A DNA stretch of 64,000 nucleotides, taken from NCBI RefSeq assembly GCF_052425735.1, contig NC_135763.1, forward strand, positions 38,316,001 to 38,380,000. Direction: 5' to 3'. A program made the position numbers and the translations under genes. This DNA comes from Oculina patagonica. Its lineage: Eukaryota. Shown one piece after another: positions 11,473 through 25,600 of this stretch. Below the pieces are notes generated by a model that saw only the letters and a list, made by a program, of their open reading frames with translations, ran no database searches and was not told the origin of the DNA. Position 1 is the first letter of the stretch; each line of letters starts with the position of its first letter.

Positions 11473-13689
11473 TGCAACCATTACTGAGGATAACTTTGCA
11501 TCTATCAAGCTTGGCATCATCAAGCCTGATGAATAACATTGTGAAAATGACTGTGGGATTTATTCAAGGTGCTCTGATCAGTGATGGAATATTTGTTGTA
11601 TAAAACTGGATTGTTTGATTTGGTTTAATGAAACTGAGAAATAAGGCATATAAAGAAAGAGCTGCCTGGCTCAAAAATCATCTGCAGCAATGTCTTCTTG
11701 CTGTTTGTCCCACTGTGAGCTAAAATGTCATTATCTCTTCATCACAAGAGAAAGTTGCAGCAAGTCAATTTATCTTTTAGGACTGATTGCTTGAAAATTT
11801 AGAGGGTGAAACTGTATTTTTGTAAATCAAATAATACGATAATGTGAACTGTGTTTTCCCAGATGGTTGTTCAAGGATGTATTGGTCACAAGCTGTCTTT
11901 TGTAACCTGGCTTCATTAAAGGAAAAAAAAACAGGGAATGGACAAAATGAAAGCTTCAAATCTTCACTTTGCACTTTGTTTATTACTCTTCTTGTAGAAG
12001 AGTGTGTAATCATTTCATTTATAAATTTACAATATTTTAATTATAATATTACCTAATTAAATATGTATAAATTAAATATTTATAAATTATTTGCACTTCT
12101 ATAATAATCTTTGGCCAAGTCTTGCAAATCCTAACCTGTCATCTTAAAGCTGTTCTAAAATTATTGAGAAGCAACATATAATTAACTGACAGTAGCTAAG
12201 TAATGCTAACTTATGTGGATGCAATAAACGCACAAGTATGCCAGGGTTTAAGTGACAACTAGAGTCAACTATGTAGTGTATGTATTAAAATGAAATTTGA
12301 ATACACAGTTCTGCTGCCAAAAACATTGCCTTACGAAAGCTTTGACATCAGTTTTTGCACAGGGATTCATTAAAAATATCAAAAAAACGTAAATATAAAT
12401 AATAAGAAATGCGAAAATTAAGCTTTTTTAAAATAACTACCGGTACAGTTAATATAAAACTTTTATGCATTGCTGGGCTGCAAATATTTTTTTTCCCTTG
12501 AAAGGACTTGTGTCCGACTAAGTCACCATTTTGATCGGACAAAACAAATGTGAGGTTGGACATCATTAACAGTACTGTTCGATATGTAAACCTGCTAATC
12601 TAATGAATTGTCATCCCAAAATTAAAAAAAATGAGCCACAGTTGTAATTTCATCGGACGTTGGCAAATTTTGGTCGGCCAATGTCCGACTGTTATTTGCA
12701 GCCCTGCATGGGGTAATACACTGCTGCTACAAATACCTTTATATGTTTATATACATGTAATATAATAAATATTTATAATTAAATAGTTTCAAAAGTTTAA
12801 AGGACCTTTTAATAATTCAGTTTTAGGGGAAACTGCCTAAGGGCCAATTGAAACCGTATGACTTCCTCACGTGCTCACAGCCGGTCTACGCCATGACTTA
12901 GGACAATTTACATGGGTGCGTGCCTGTCATAAGGATGTGGTAAGATGATATACAGGACATGATTCGTGTTGTAGTCATGGCCTAAGCGTGTCACATTTGC
13001 CCCTAAAAGTGACTTCAAATAAAACTGATTCTACCGTTCAATATAATTACTTTGTTACATTCTAATAATTAACAGTTATTCACCGAAGTGGAGGTGAATA
13101 GTACTATGCTTATCACCTCCAAGTCAACAAATCACTGTGCACAAAAAGCACTATTCACTTGTGTGGACTTAATAAATATTATCCCTAAAGACTAATTATC
13201 CACGAAAATATTTCAATCTATCTTTGTGAGCAAGCCCACAAAAACTATCAGCAAAGTAATTAAATCACTTTTAACTTTTCCCTGATGCAAATTACCACTA
13301 CTGAACTAATTATTAGCTCAAGCAATTTTATATTTTTGTCCAATGTTTACGCAGTATATATATTTGCTTTACAAGTCTGTCAGCTGTTTGACTGTCTGGC
13401 TGAGAATAGTAAACAAAAAAAGACTGTTGTGTTGCTGGTTTCTAATATTTTGACAATCTCTTACATGTAAAAGTGGAGCAAAATAGAGAACTGTTTGGCA
13501 CATCAGATTGATTAGTTTTGTTGAATAGACACACACCTATAAACCAATGTCAACAGGTACTGACATCTTAGAAACTGCTTATCCTTGATGTTTAAAAACC
13601 AAATGACAAACAATGAACTGACTAAATGATGATAGAAAACAACTGTCAAAATATCAGTCTTTCAGACTAATAACACCTATACTTATTTG

Positions 13690-16600
13690 CTATCTCATTG
13701 GTCTCCTTTCCCACTGCCTACCCTGTCCTCTTGCAGGGTGGCGGCTCCTTCCCCCACCTCTATCCCCCTGCCCTTGACGCTGTCTTGGGCTTTCTTCGTC
13801 AGAGTAGTGACCCATATCTTCAGGCTCTTGCTGTGGATATGCTTTGCTAGCAGCTTTGTGTTTATTAAACCTTTCTGCATATGATCCTTGCTGTGACCTG
13901 GTGTCTTGAGCAGGAAGGTTACGTCTTGGGCTTCTTCCCACAGCTCTGCTATCATCATCTCCTTGATGATTTTGATGACGACTCTTCCTTGATGGCCGTT
14001 CATGACCTTGAGGTGCTTGTTGTGGCAAAGAATCTGCTGCATCAGAATAACGGCTGTTGTCAGAGAGTCGCTGCCGACCTCTTGCCTGTTTTTCTCTAGC
14101 AACATTTTTGGAATATTCATAGTCATCATCCTCTTGATCATCAATGCTATAGTCTGAATGGTAGCTCTCATTCTCTGAATGTACGTGGCTGCCCTTTTGA
14201 CGCCTACCAGCCGGGGTCATGTCAGTCTGCATGTCATACTCCTCTTCCTCATTAACTACAGGAAGCCTTCCCTCCATTGACCACTGAAGGATGCAGACAT
14301 CACGACTGCCAGTTGTAATAAGGTGGGTATCTGACGCTAAAAACAGCATGCGTGTGACCGGACAGCTGTGACCTCGCCACTGGTGATAGTGAGCCTAGAA
14401 AATAAGGCAACAATAATAAATTGAAAACATTTAATATTAAAGTACTGAGGGGCACCTGAAGAAGGTTAATACCAGTTAATATTAAACATCTTTCCTTGAT
14501 AAAATTTTCAAATCAAATCAAATTTTATTTATACACGTGACACTTAGGAGTACATACAGTTCTCGTTAGAATGTGTACGTGTGTAAAAATAAACATTTTA
14601 TATAAATAGAAATAAAAAAAGTATATTTAAAATTCTCTAAAACGTTAAGAATTATCATTGATATTTACAAGTAAAAAATTAAAATAAATAATAATTTAAA
14701 TGTCACAAATTACAGGTTAAAAAGGTACTTAAATTTAAGCCATATAGGCCTTAAGAGATTGCTTCACATATGAAAAGGCCATATAATAATGAAACCAAAC
14801 ATTACACATGTACATTTTGGAGAATTTGCTGCAAATTTCTTATGTTTAGCCAGACTGACTCTTATTGCAAATCAAGAGGCCTTCTGATTATATTGTTGTA
14901 TACTGACCATTCTCAATATACTGAATAGGATTATTAGTTGTAATATTCCTATTCAGTTATTATTATTATTAGGACTAATCAAACCACTTACCCCAGGCTG
15001 ACTACATGGGAATCTAAACAAACGAATGTATCCTAACTCATCTCCAACAGCAAAAACTTCTCGTGACCAGGACAGATCAGAACTGTTCACCAAGTTCCCA
15101 TCATCTGGCTGAGAAGGCCACACACCTACAGAAACATGCCAAGTTACATGTTAACAGGGTGTCAAGCAGCTAGCTTTTCACTACAGAGGGAAATAGATGC
15201 TAAATTGTGTTCTGATCACTGCAACATAGTTAAATGCAATGCAAATTCTAGCCAAAAGCTCATCAATATCAATGAGTAAAATGTAATATCCAAATTTAAA
15301 TAATATTGTATTTTCTAATTTTGGCTTGTTAGCAGGGCCTGTGTCAGGTTTAAAACAAGTTTGATCTTCTAATATATCTAACCTTAACAATCTGCCCAGT
15401 TGTTCATCACACTTCAACCAAGGCTTGCCCAAGCTCCCACCCCCACCCCCCCCCCCCACCCCCCACCCACACAAACAAACAACATAAACTTAGTGGCTAC
15501 CTGCAACATCGTATCCCAGCATGACATTTCTTGTGGACCAGTCAACATCACGAATGACATCCTGTGATTCTTCTTTTGAAATCCACCAATCTCCCCTGGA
15601 AACAAATTATTTTTACATGGTCACAAAAAGTCTTCTTACGAGAAAAAATATAACAAACCATTTTCAGTTTGTTGTAATTATTAGACAAATTACTCTAACT
15701 TGCTTGTGAAGTTGATTATTTTATAGTGCCCAGCAACAGTGCTGAAAATGTACGACAGACTGCTTAATTATACTTACAAACAATATGCTCATAATCAGTG
15801 GACAAACTTTGAAGGAAGCAGCCATCAAGAGACCAGTCCAGAAACATGATTGGTTCACTATGGCCCTGTCAAGAGACCACAAACAAAGAACTTAAGAAAT
15901 GACAAGTAATGCAAAAAAGATCTGCCATAGAACAAACTCACCGAACAGCAGCCCACTCTTCTGTAAGTTGTCCCTTCATCATAAACTGCATGAACATAAA
16001 TATTGCCATCATGCGATGCAACTGCAATGTGTTCTCCATCTGGTGGGAAATCAAACAGATTTTAATGCCGACTTTTTTTTATTTTAATTGAGATAAATGC
16101 TTAGTGTATAGACTCCTGATAAACTGTTCCTAAATAGCATCAAGTTTGTATTTTTCTTAAACTCAAGGAATATATATAATTATATTTTGTTTACCTTTTG
16201 CATATTCCAGATCAGACAGAGGGGATGTGCCATCTTGGAATGAAGCAATATGCATGCCAGATTCACATGACAATACAATCCATCTGATTTAAAAGATAAC
16301 ACACTGCTAACTCAGAAAAAAACGGCTAAACATTTGTAGCTGTATTTATGATATATTTTTTACTGATAATTAAATAACAATTTTGTATTTTGTCTGTGAT
16401 AAATTTTTATTTGACCAATCATTGTGCCATACCTTCCCGCAGAAGTTCCTAATGCCAATATATCACCAGTGGAGTAGAAATCTGCTGACTTGACAGGAAA
16501 CTAGAAAAAGAAAGAAAGTATCTATCAGTCATTAACTTAATTATTAACCTCCAAAAGCATACAAAAGTTGATTTAAAAAAAAAAATAAAGATTTTTTTAA

Positions 16601-19600
16601 ATTGGGCATACCTCGACATCAACTGTCCAAATAACTTGGTGGGTTTCAGCATCCCACAAAGAAACAGAGTGGTCCTGAGATGCGCTGATAAACTGTGCTT
16701 CATTAGGGTGCACTGCCAGGGCATGGACCTCATCTTTATGACTCTGCATTGAGAGCAACAAATTAAGATGAAGATTGTGTGTTACAAAGAATACAGTTTG
16801 TTTTAAATTAAATACTGTCACTACATAATCTCTGTTCCCAACTAAAACTGTTCTTTAGAGCTTACTCTATTTGTTAACCTCATTTGTCAATATTTGGTAA
16901 GCTTTGCTTACAGGAATAAGAGACAATGTCTACAAGGAAAAAACACCATTACATACCTGAACAACTGGATGAAAAGGAGAGTTTAGAGAGCCTTCAACAA
17001 TGCTGTTATTTGTAACTCCAATAAGAACGTTGACATCATCTCCATGGCCTGTATGCAGTGGTTCAATAGCACAGATTCCACCCAAACCACTGTCCAGCTG
17101 AATGTGTACAGATAATCAAATATTTATTTAATAATAAATATTTTTGTTAAGTAAGTTTTTTTTAATAACAATCAGCTGAGAATTTCCTCACGTCAGATAG
17201 ACCAGTGTTCGTCATATTACTATGCTAACATTTTTGGCAAAAATTTTAAAATTCTTGCTCACCTGGGTTTCTTGTAATGGTGTATTAAAATATTTATTAG
17301 CATCCCATGCTGCCAGTTTGCCATCCAAGCCACCACTTAATAATGTCCCATTTTCTAACAGCTGTAAGCTCAAAATGCTTTTCTGTTGAAAACAAAAAAA
17401 GAACATAAATGTAAAGCTTAAATGATGGTTTTGCCAAAAGACAGACAGACAGACAAGGTGGAAGATGTATTAAAGGAGGATTATATTTTGAGGATTTGAT
17501 TAAACGTTTCAACTATCGATCAACAAATGTAATTATTTTTCTTAATACCTCATGTGCATTTCTTACAGCAAACTTGATCTTCTTTGATACTGGAAAGGAA
17601 TGACAGTACTGAAATCAGATTCATCCTTTTCCATTATAAAATTGAAAATTTTATATACAAAAAAAGATTTTATTTTACGTTTCTTATGATTTGCTGTTAC
17701 CTTTTCCCCAAACGGTGATTGAACCATTTGAGTCCCCAGTGATGACATCTCCATTGGGTGAAAACTCTAAGCATGTGAAGTATTGTGGGATCTCATATTT
17801 CTACCAAAATTAATCACAAATTTTTGAGTTATTTTTTCAAAAATAGCTCTTAGTCGGCGTGATGTTCCCGTGTAATCATTCAGTCAGTCAGTGGGTCAGT
17901 GAAGTATGTTTGTTTGTCACACCAATCAGATTTCAGGTACTATCAGAACCAATCAAATTGTAGTTTATAAGGGGGAAGCAATCTGACACAGTTGTAGTGA
18001 GCGATTTCGTTCGAAGATTTTAGATTTGTAGGAGGCGGAATTGGTGAGTTGTGAATTAACTCTGGATTAAAAACGTTTTTCGTAACGCTCCCCTACTTAC
18101 AACGCACATGCCGTGAGCAAAAGGCCCAACACTAACTTGTTATTCTTCTTATTCGAGCGTACGTTTGGAGAGGCTAGCTTTCCTGACCGTAGTAAAAATT
18201 ACATATAACATTTGCACAATGTAGATTTGAAGAATAATGTTGTCGTTACTTTTGCCGTCCTCTTTGCGAAGTTCGTTGGGAAATTAAGTTTGTTACGAAG
18301 TTGCCAAATAGGTTGCGAGTTCGCGAATCAAATTGTGAGCTTCGATACAAAGTTCCCAACTTCGGCCCGAATTTATTAAAACCTTCTGTAATTATGTTAT
18401 CAAAAAGGGCTTTGCTACGCTAAACTGTTGGAAACAAATGTCATAAAAATGAAAAACGTTTATGTTCCGCGAGCGGTAAACATGTCTCGAACAAATTAGT
18501 CTTCCCTGTCGCGTCGCGTCGGCTTCGATTAAAATCAATTTTATATATGCGTAAACCATCCAGTTTCATCCGGTTTACAAACGCAGAAGACTTGAAATTG
18601 AAGACAGTGAAGATTATGCCTTACAGAAATCGTTAAATATGTGTTTTCATACAGAAAAGTTAAAATTTGACCAAATGTCTACATGCATAAAATTTATTTA
18701 TCGGCAAATCCTTTGCGTGATTGCTGATGCGAAACGTTGTCTTGCACTTCAAGCTACTTGAACCTTCCTTGACCAGTTCTAAAATCATCTAGTTCAGAAA
18801 TCGCTGACTTTCGAGCAACATGTCTTGTTTCTCCTCTACCAAACTTGGAAAGTTCAGTCGGGCCGAAGTTAGGAACTTTGTATCGAAGTTCGCAACTATA
18901 TTCGCAAAACTCGCAACGTAATTGACAACTTCATAACAAAGTTTCCAATTTCCCAACAAACTTCGCAAAGCGGGCGGCAAAAGTAAACTATAAAAATCAA
19001 CTGTAAAACATCTCGTTCAAACATTTAATGAACAGGTACAAGTATTAACTTTGCTGTTAAAAGCAACTACGATCAATAGCAAAAACAGACTAAGAGCGTG
19101 CCATTCCGTGACAATTTGATAACTCAATTAGTTCTTGTTTGTTGAATAGAATTTACGTTGTGAATGAACGAAAATCTTTGTTGAACAGTTCTGACAGGAA
19201 ACAATTACTCCAGGTGTAGTGCGCTTTAAAGAACTTTCCCGAAGAAAGTGGTTTTTGATTTGATTCGTTTATTACTTCGTTTATTATAGTACTTTTCGTT
19301 CAATGTCTATATGGAGACGTGGCTTTCTTCTAGAAAAACAAGGGGAATCGTGTTACGTTCGTTTTAAAAAACAAAGGTGTAATGTTACAAAAGTGAGAAA
19401 AACAACAATATCATGTTACAGTGTTTGGCAAAAAGCCAAAAGTATTCCGTAACAAACAAAAGAAAGGAAATGGTTACTAGAAAGCTAGCAACAAAATAAC
19501 CGCTTTAAACAGAATAAGAACGTGCCATTTTGTGACATTTTGATAATTGAATTAGTTTTTGTTTTTTCAATTAAATGATGAAAATTTACGTATTGAATAA

Positions 19601-22600
19601 AACAGTTCTGATGTATCAAAATGCACGTGAAAATTATTTTGTTTGCAAGCAAATTTTGTGCAAAAAGTGACTCCGTGGGCTGCCATACACAAATAGCTCA
19701 ACCCTTGGCATGAACCATCCCAACAGGACAATCGCCCAGTTTCACCCCAAGCCACCCCATAAATTGAAAAAATAACTCCTGCACGCTTAGCGTGCCTATG
19801 TTTAGATAAGTCAGTGCTGGCCACTGAACACTAGATCAGACCACGTGGATCTACTAAAGAGACTTACCGTAATCTTGTCCTAACAAGACTAGCGCAAAAT
19901 GAAAGTTAAAGTGCAAAAAAAACAATAATTATTGACGAGTGTTTTCAGCAGTAAACCACTGCACAAGCTATACTGTAAGTAAACATAATGATAATAACCA
20001 AACTGTCCAACATACCTCAAAATAGCCATTCTTTCTCTCTAGTCTTGTGTTGTGAAGCCTCCAGAAGTAAATGTGTTCCTTCCCACAGGTCACAAGAGTC
20101 TTACTGTCATCTGGATCAAACACCACGGCCACAATAGCACTGGATTGGCCCTGTTCACACCGTAAGCAATGTAAGCCTTTTATGTATTAACAAAACCAAC
20201 ATGCAACAAGTGACCAAATAACTTTTTTAAAACTTATTCATTTAAATATTTTCACAAGGGTTACGGCACCCACTAGACAGAAATTGTGTGTGCTAGGAAC
20301 TTGTTAATATCTTGTTTATTTCTATTGACAAACCTTGCTTTGTTGTGTGATTGTCCTTTCTTCCCATTCCCACACAGTGAGATGATATTCGTCATCTAAT
20401 GCATCCACGCAAGCCAGTTGTCTTCCATTATCCTGTAGAACAGAGAATGTGGATGTTTGTAGAACTTTTTCAGTCTGAAGTTTGGGATCAGGGGATAGGG
20501 AAGGAGACGAGGAGAGGGGGAGAAGAGCATGGGAAAGAGAAGAAAGAGGAGCAAGAAGAGCAGGAGAAGAAAGAGGAGAAAGAGGAAAGGAGAAGGACAA
20601 ATCAAGAAAGAAGCAGCAGACATTGGAGGACGAACAAAATGTTATTGATTTTCTATGTCCAAGTTTCACCAAAATTAAAATGAGAAAATCAGTTTCTAGT
20701 TTATTGATAGACAGCATACCTCTTGAGAAAATGCCAGGCAGGAAATACTAAGACTGTACTCCTGTAGTGCCAGAACAGCTAGGGTGATAAGAGTTTCAGC
20801 ATCCCAAATACGGATATGACTCTGTCATCAATTTAAAAAAAATTAGATGCTTTGCATACTTATAACACTTTTAAGAATAGCTAAGAGTAACTTGGATAAT
20901 TCATTACAATTATATAGTAGTTATTAGATGTTTAAAACATTATCCAATTAAAAAAACCTTTGTTTAAACACACACAAAAAACCAGTTCTAATGACTTGCT
21001 TCATCTAGTGACTTTTTAATTAGATCACAACTACATGTATTTGCAAAACTTTCAAAGAACTAAAAGTTGTTTTGCGTCATAATCAACTCCTAGTGATAAC
21101 AGTTTGTTCATGTCTGTTACATATTAGCAATTTAAAAGCACTGTGACTTACAAGTTCATTTTGATCAACTGACAAACCAGATGCTTGTCCTGTTGCTATG
21201 TACCATTGGTTAGGATGGACAGCCATGCTACAGCAAAGTATAAATAGATTTATCAATCAACAAGCTATTTAAACCAACAACTTGACATTTTAAAATTTAG
21301 CATCAAAATATATAACAACTGCATTTGTTCAAAAGTAAATAACAATGCATTCTTTTGGAGCTCAGGCAAATAATTCACTACTTAATAAATTTTGATTAGT
21401 TACTTACTGTGAGTAATAAGAGTAAAAAAAGAACAGTTTTAAATAACACTTGTCTTGCAATATTGAAAAGTTTTTTTTATTCCTTACTTTACAAGCCAGG
21501 TCTCAAAAATGTGTTTGGCACTAGACTGTCCACAGCCTCTCGATCTTTCAACGCAAGAAAGCAAACGAAGCGAGCGCGAAGCGCAAGCGCGCGTGGGGGG
21601 AGGGGGATTGAGCAAAGCGAGCCAAAGAAAACCCCCACCCCCTTGCTTCTTCCGTTTTGCGCTGGCGTCCAGTTCTCTCGCCATTCTCACCGCGCGCTCA
21701 TCGATTGAAAAAACACGAAAAAATAGAGGGCTGTGAACAGTCTAGTTTGGCACATTCAAGACAGATAAGTCAAACCACACTGCATTCCAGAGTATGTAAT
21801 GTGTACAAATACTGAAGACATAACTTACCATTTAATATCATCAGCATGTCCAGTATAATGCCGCTGGGTGTTGGTCGTCTTGTTGTATATCACCACCATT
21901 GTGGCAACAAAGTAAAGCATCTCTCCAGATGGCAAGATATGTAAATTATTATAACTGTCTTTGCCATGGTATCCATATCTAAATATTCTTCTGTCAAGGA
22001 TAATACTCTTATCATTGTAGAGAAGGAGCCTGCCCCCACCCCATGCAAATCATGCTGGGGCCCAAGCTACAGCATAAATCCACATGAATAAAAAGCAACC
22101 TTAGAGAAAGGTCCACATTAGAGAGGGATGGGAGATGTGTCCACCTTAGTGAGAGTTCCACCTTAGAAAAGGGGACCACCTAAGAGAGGGTCAAGTTTAG
22201 ATCTAGAGAGTGGACACCTTGGGCACTGACCACCTTAGAGAGAGTTCCACTCCAGAAAGCTTTCTACCTTAGAGAGTTTTTTCCTTGGAGAGAGGCCACC
22301 TAAAAAGGGGTTCCATCTTGGAAGGGGACCACCTAACTTAGGTGTCCACCCGTGCACCATGCACTCTAGGTGTCCCTCTATACTACTAATAATACTGTAA
22401 AAAGATACACCCAGGACAGTTGTAGCTTGGAATCAGGAGGTGCCACTGGAGCGTCGTCAATTGTATAATTATCTAACTCTGATGTGTGATGATAAGTGTG
22501 AACACGTCCTTTGACTTTGATGGTTACAACTTGGCTTTGTGCTGTAAAGACAAAAAAAATGATATTAAGTTTAAGTTTTGAATTCAAGAGCCATTTAGTC

Positions 22601-25600
22601 AAGCACAAGGGAAAAGCTCTTCATGACGACATTTAGGATGCATTCTTCACAAGGGTAATAAAGACCCACTCACCAGAAGGTTCCTCCCTGGGCTTTTTCC
22701 TTGATTTCTGTAATCGTGTTTTTTGTGGTGGTGATGCTGAGTGTCCATTACTGCTAAGAGACGATGGATTTGACAAGTTTCTCTTGAAGCCCTGATCTGT
22801 GCTTCCAGCAATAAATGTGTCAGTGTCTCGGTATAACTGTGAGAGACCTTTCACCTAAAAAGAGAAAACCAGAATGAAAATCCTCAATAACCCAGTTTCA
22901 AGAAACCCCCGGCCAGAAGTATCTTTTTTGTTATTTTACACCAAAAACCCTACCACTCACTACCCCCTATATTCCATAGGGTTCCCCTGCAAGGGCTTGT
23001 TGTGCTCACACAAACCAAGATATATTACAAAGAAAAGAATGTATCAACAAATAAATTACAAACAGATTACTCTCACAAGGCATACATTTTAATCCCTATG
23101 AAAACACTTTTTACTACTAAACACTACTGGTAGAATTTTTTTAATTCTAATTTAGTTACTGTAGGTTTCTAAATAAAATCATCCTCAACCTCTTACATTG
23201 TTGAAAGAAAACGATGCATGTTCTTTTGGGCAAGATTCCTCAAATATTTATAAATTGAAATATTTTTATTCTCCTAATAAGTTTTGTGTGTTGTAGACTG
23301 GTTTCTTCTGATCTGAGCATTTACTGCTTCATTTGTCAGGAAAACAACAAAAAAAAATGCAACTTATTAGCGAAAAATTAAATTGGTTCTCAAGGCATAT
23401 TTTAAACATAGTGTCTAGATACCCGGCAGCCGGGAAGTGTTTTCAAAATACTACATACCCGGCAGTCTGAAATTATTCTAGAATTTCCACGGAAAAACCA
23501 ATCCAATCCTCCTCAAAACTATAGATCTTTGCTTAGAAATGCCAAGCGATTTCAATTATAGTTTTGGCTTTGTGTTTGAGGAAATTTTCGAGCTTGGGCA
23601 TACTACAAAATCTTGATTCTTCGACACTTAGAAAAAATTCGTACTCTGACTCCGGTGTCAACTCTTATAGAATAATTTCTACAAAAACTGAAGTTGAAAC
23701 CCTGCGAGAGTATTCGATATTTGCTGAGAAATGCGAAGCGATTCTAAATAATGTTTTGCTTTTGTTGTGGACGAATTCTCTTGGCTTCGGCGTACTATAA
23801 AATCCTCGACTCACGGGCACGGTTGTTCAAAAGACTAGATACCCGGCAGTCAAAAATTCATGAATAATCAATACATTCAATATCCACAAAAATGATCATT
23901 GAAACCTAGCTCCCGAGAGTATTTCAGTATTTCAATTTTCGGTCGGAAATACCAAGCGAGTTTTTACAATGTCAGTTTGGTTTTGCACAAATTGTACGAA
24001 CTTTATGTGACTCACGGGCACGATTTTTCAAAGACTACATACCCGGCAGTCAAAAATGCTTCCCGTTTTTCCATCAAAATTTCCATTTGAACCTGCTGAG
24101 ATGTCGGTGTAGAAATACCAAGCGATTTTCCAACTTAAGGCCTCAACAATTGCCTCGGCAAAGTAGTACAAAATAGCTACAAAACGCTTGAGCGTTCGGT
24201 GACGAAAGTCCGCCACCGATGTAACTTCCGGTGTGACACTTTAGTGGCGTGACAAAGGTGGCACGTGGTGTTGGTTTTCGCGCCAAAACGAACTCAGCGT
24301 TGGAAGCGACGAAGTTCTTCTGTGGGCTAAACGGCTTAGCGTTGGAAGCGACGAAGCTCTCGGTTTTCTTAGTTATTTGTAAGGTAAGTTAAACGTTTTA
24401 TCAATAAGGTAAGAAACCCTTCGCAAGTAACATATTAGCAGAGTTAGAAAGAGCGATTTGAAGCTACACGGAGCGAAAGAACATCAATGTTTTTGTCATT
24501 TCGTTGTAGTTTATCATTCATTGTCTTAAAAAACTGGGAATTTGACGCTCTGTGAAGCCCTAACTGATGGGGCATTTGACGGCCTACCAAACTTTTTGCA
24601 AAAAAGTCAAATGCCCGGGGGTTTGCACAGGGGATAGGAGCTTTGGAAATGACTGATAAACAAGAATGCGAAATGGGCTCACGCAGATAAGTCACGTAGT
24701 GTGTCCAGCAAGTGTATTCACAGAGACAACCTTGTTTCCTTTGAAATGTCACGTCACCTTTAAGTGCTATTGTGTATAAAATCAGTTTTATCTAGTTTAT
24801 CTAAACAGCAACAAATCGATCGCAGGCTTGGTTTAAGAACGATTGAAAGCTTGCAAAGCAAGCAATCTTTCGTTTACGGCGTGCGTGGGTTGGAGCGCAC
24901 GAAAGCGTGGGCCTGGAGAAGGAACAAAAATAGAGTGTCAGAACAGGGGAATGGAGTGGAGTTTTATGTTGCTGTTTTTCCATCCCCTTTGGGGTGTAAC
25001 AAGCAGGCTGTATGTTTACCACTACAACGTTTTTAATTCCGCGAGCTGTTTTATGAAATAGGAATTTACATAAAACTAGCATAAACTGCGGACATAAAAT
25101 TGTTTTTTCGGGCTGACAAAGCTATTGGGACTCTCAAGAAAAGATTCCCAGCTGGTGTTAGCGACGCTGAGTACGCGGTACTAGATAAGTGGGCAAAAGC
25201 TTGTTATTTAAAAGAAGATTTGTGATATATCCAGTGGTATGTAACTTTTGCGTACAACCTTCCCTTTCGCTTCAGGTGTCACTATGGATACAGTGTTGCA
25301 GGTTAGTTTGACATAATGAAGATTCCCCAATAGAGTCTTAACAGGGTTTTCAGATCCTACCCGGCGAAATTTCCCCTCATTCTCGTAAGCTTGTCCCGAT
25401 CCCGACCATTTATTGTTCGTAATCCCTTGCCGAAAAAAAAGGCCTTTCAGTGGGTGTATATTCTCTCCAAGCACTTTTCTTGAAATCTTTGAACACCGGC
25501 AATGCGGTTACTTCTTTCTTCCCGAGTAACTCGCACGTGGAAACATGGGTAACTCGTGTAAGTCCAAAAAGGCGATCACAACTTGATTTTTTTCTGTCAC

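Noticed and set aside
20322-20751. Glu/Lys/Arg-rich and Leu/Phe-rich ORFs
   Set aside because: A purine-biased intronic tract; the flanking EML exons join without it.
23564-24216. Three ORFs duplicated identically at 32227-32879
   Set aside because: By-products of the mirrored TIRs; no protein-like features.
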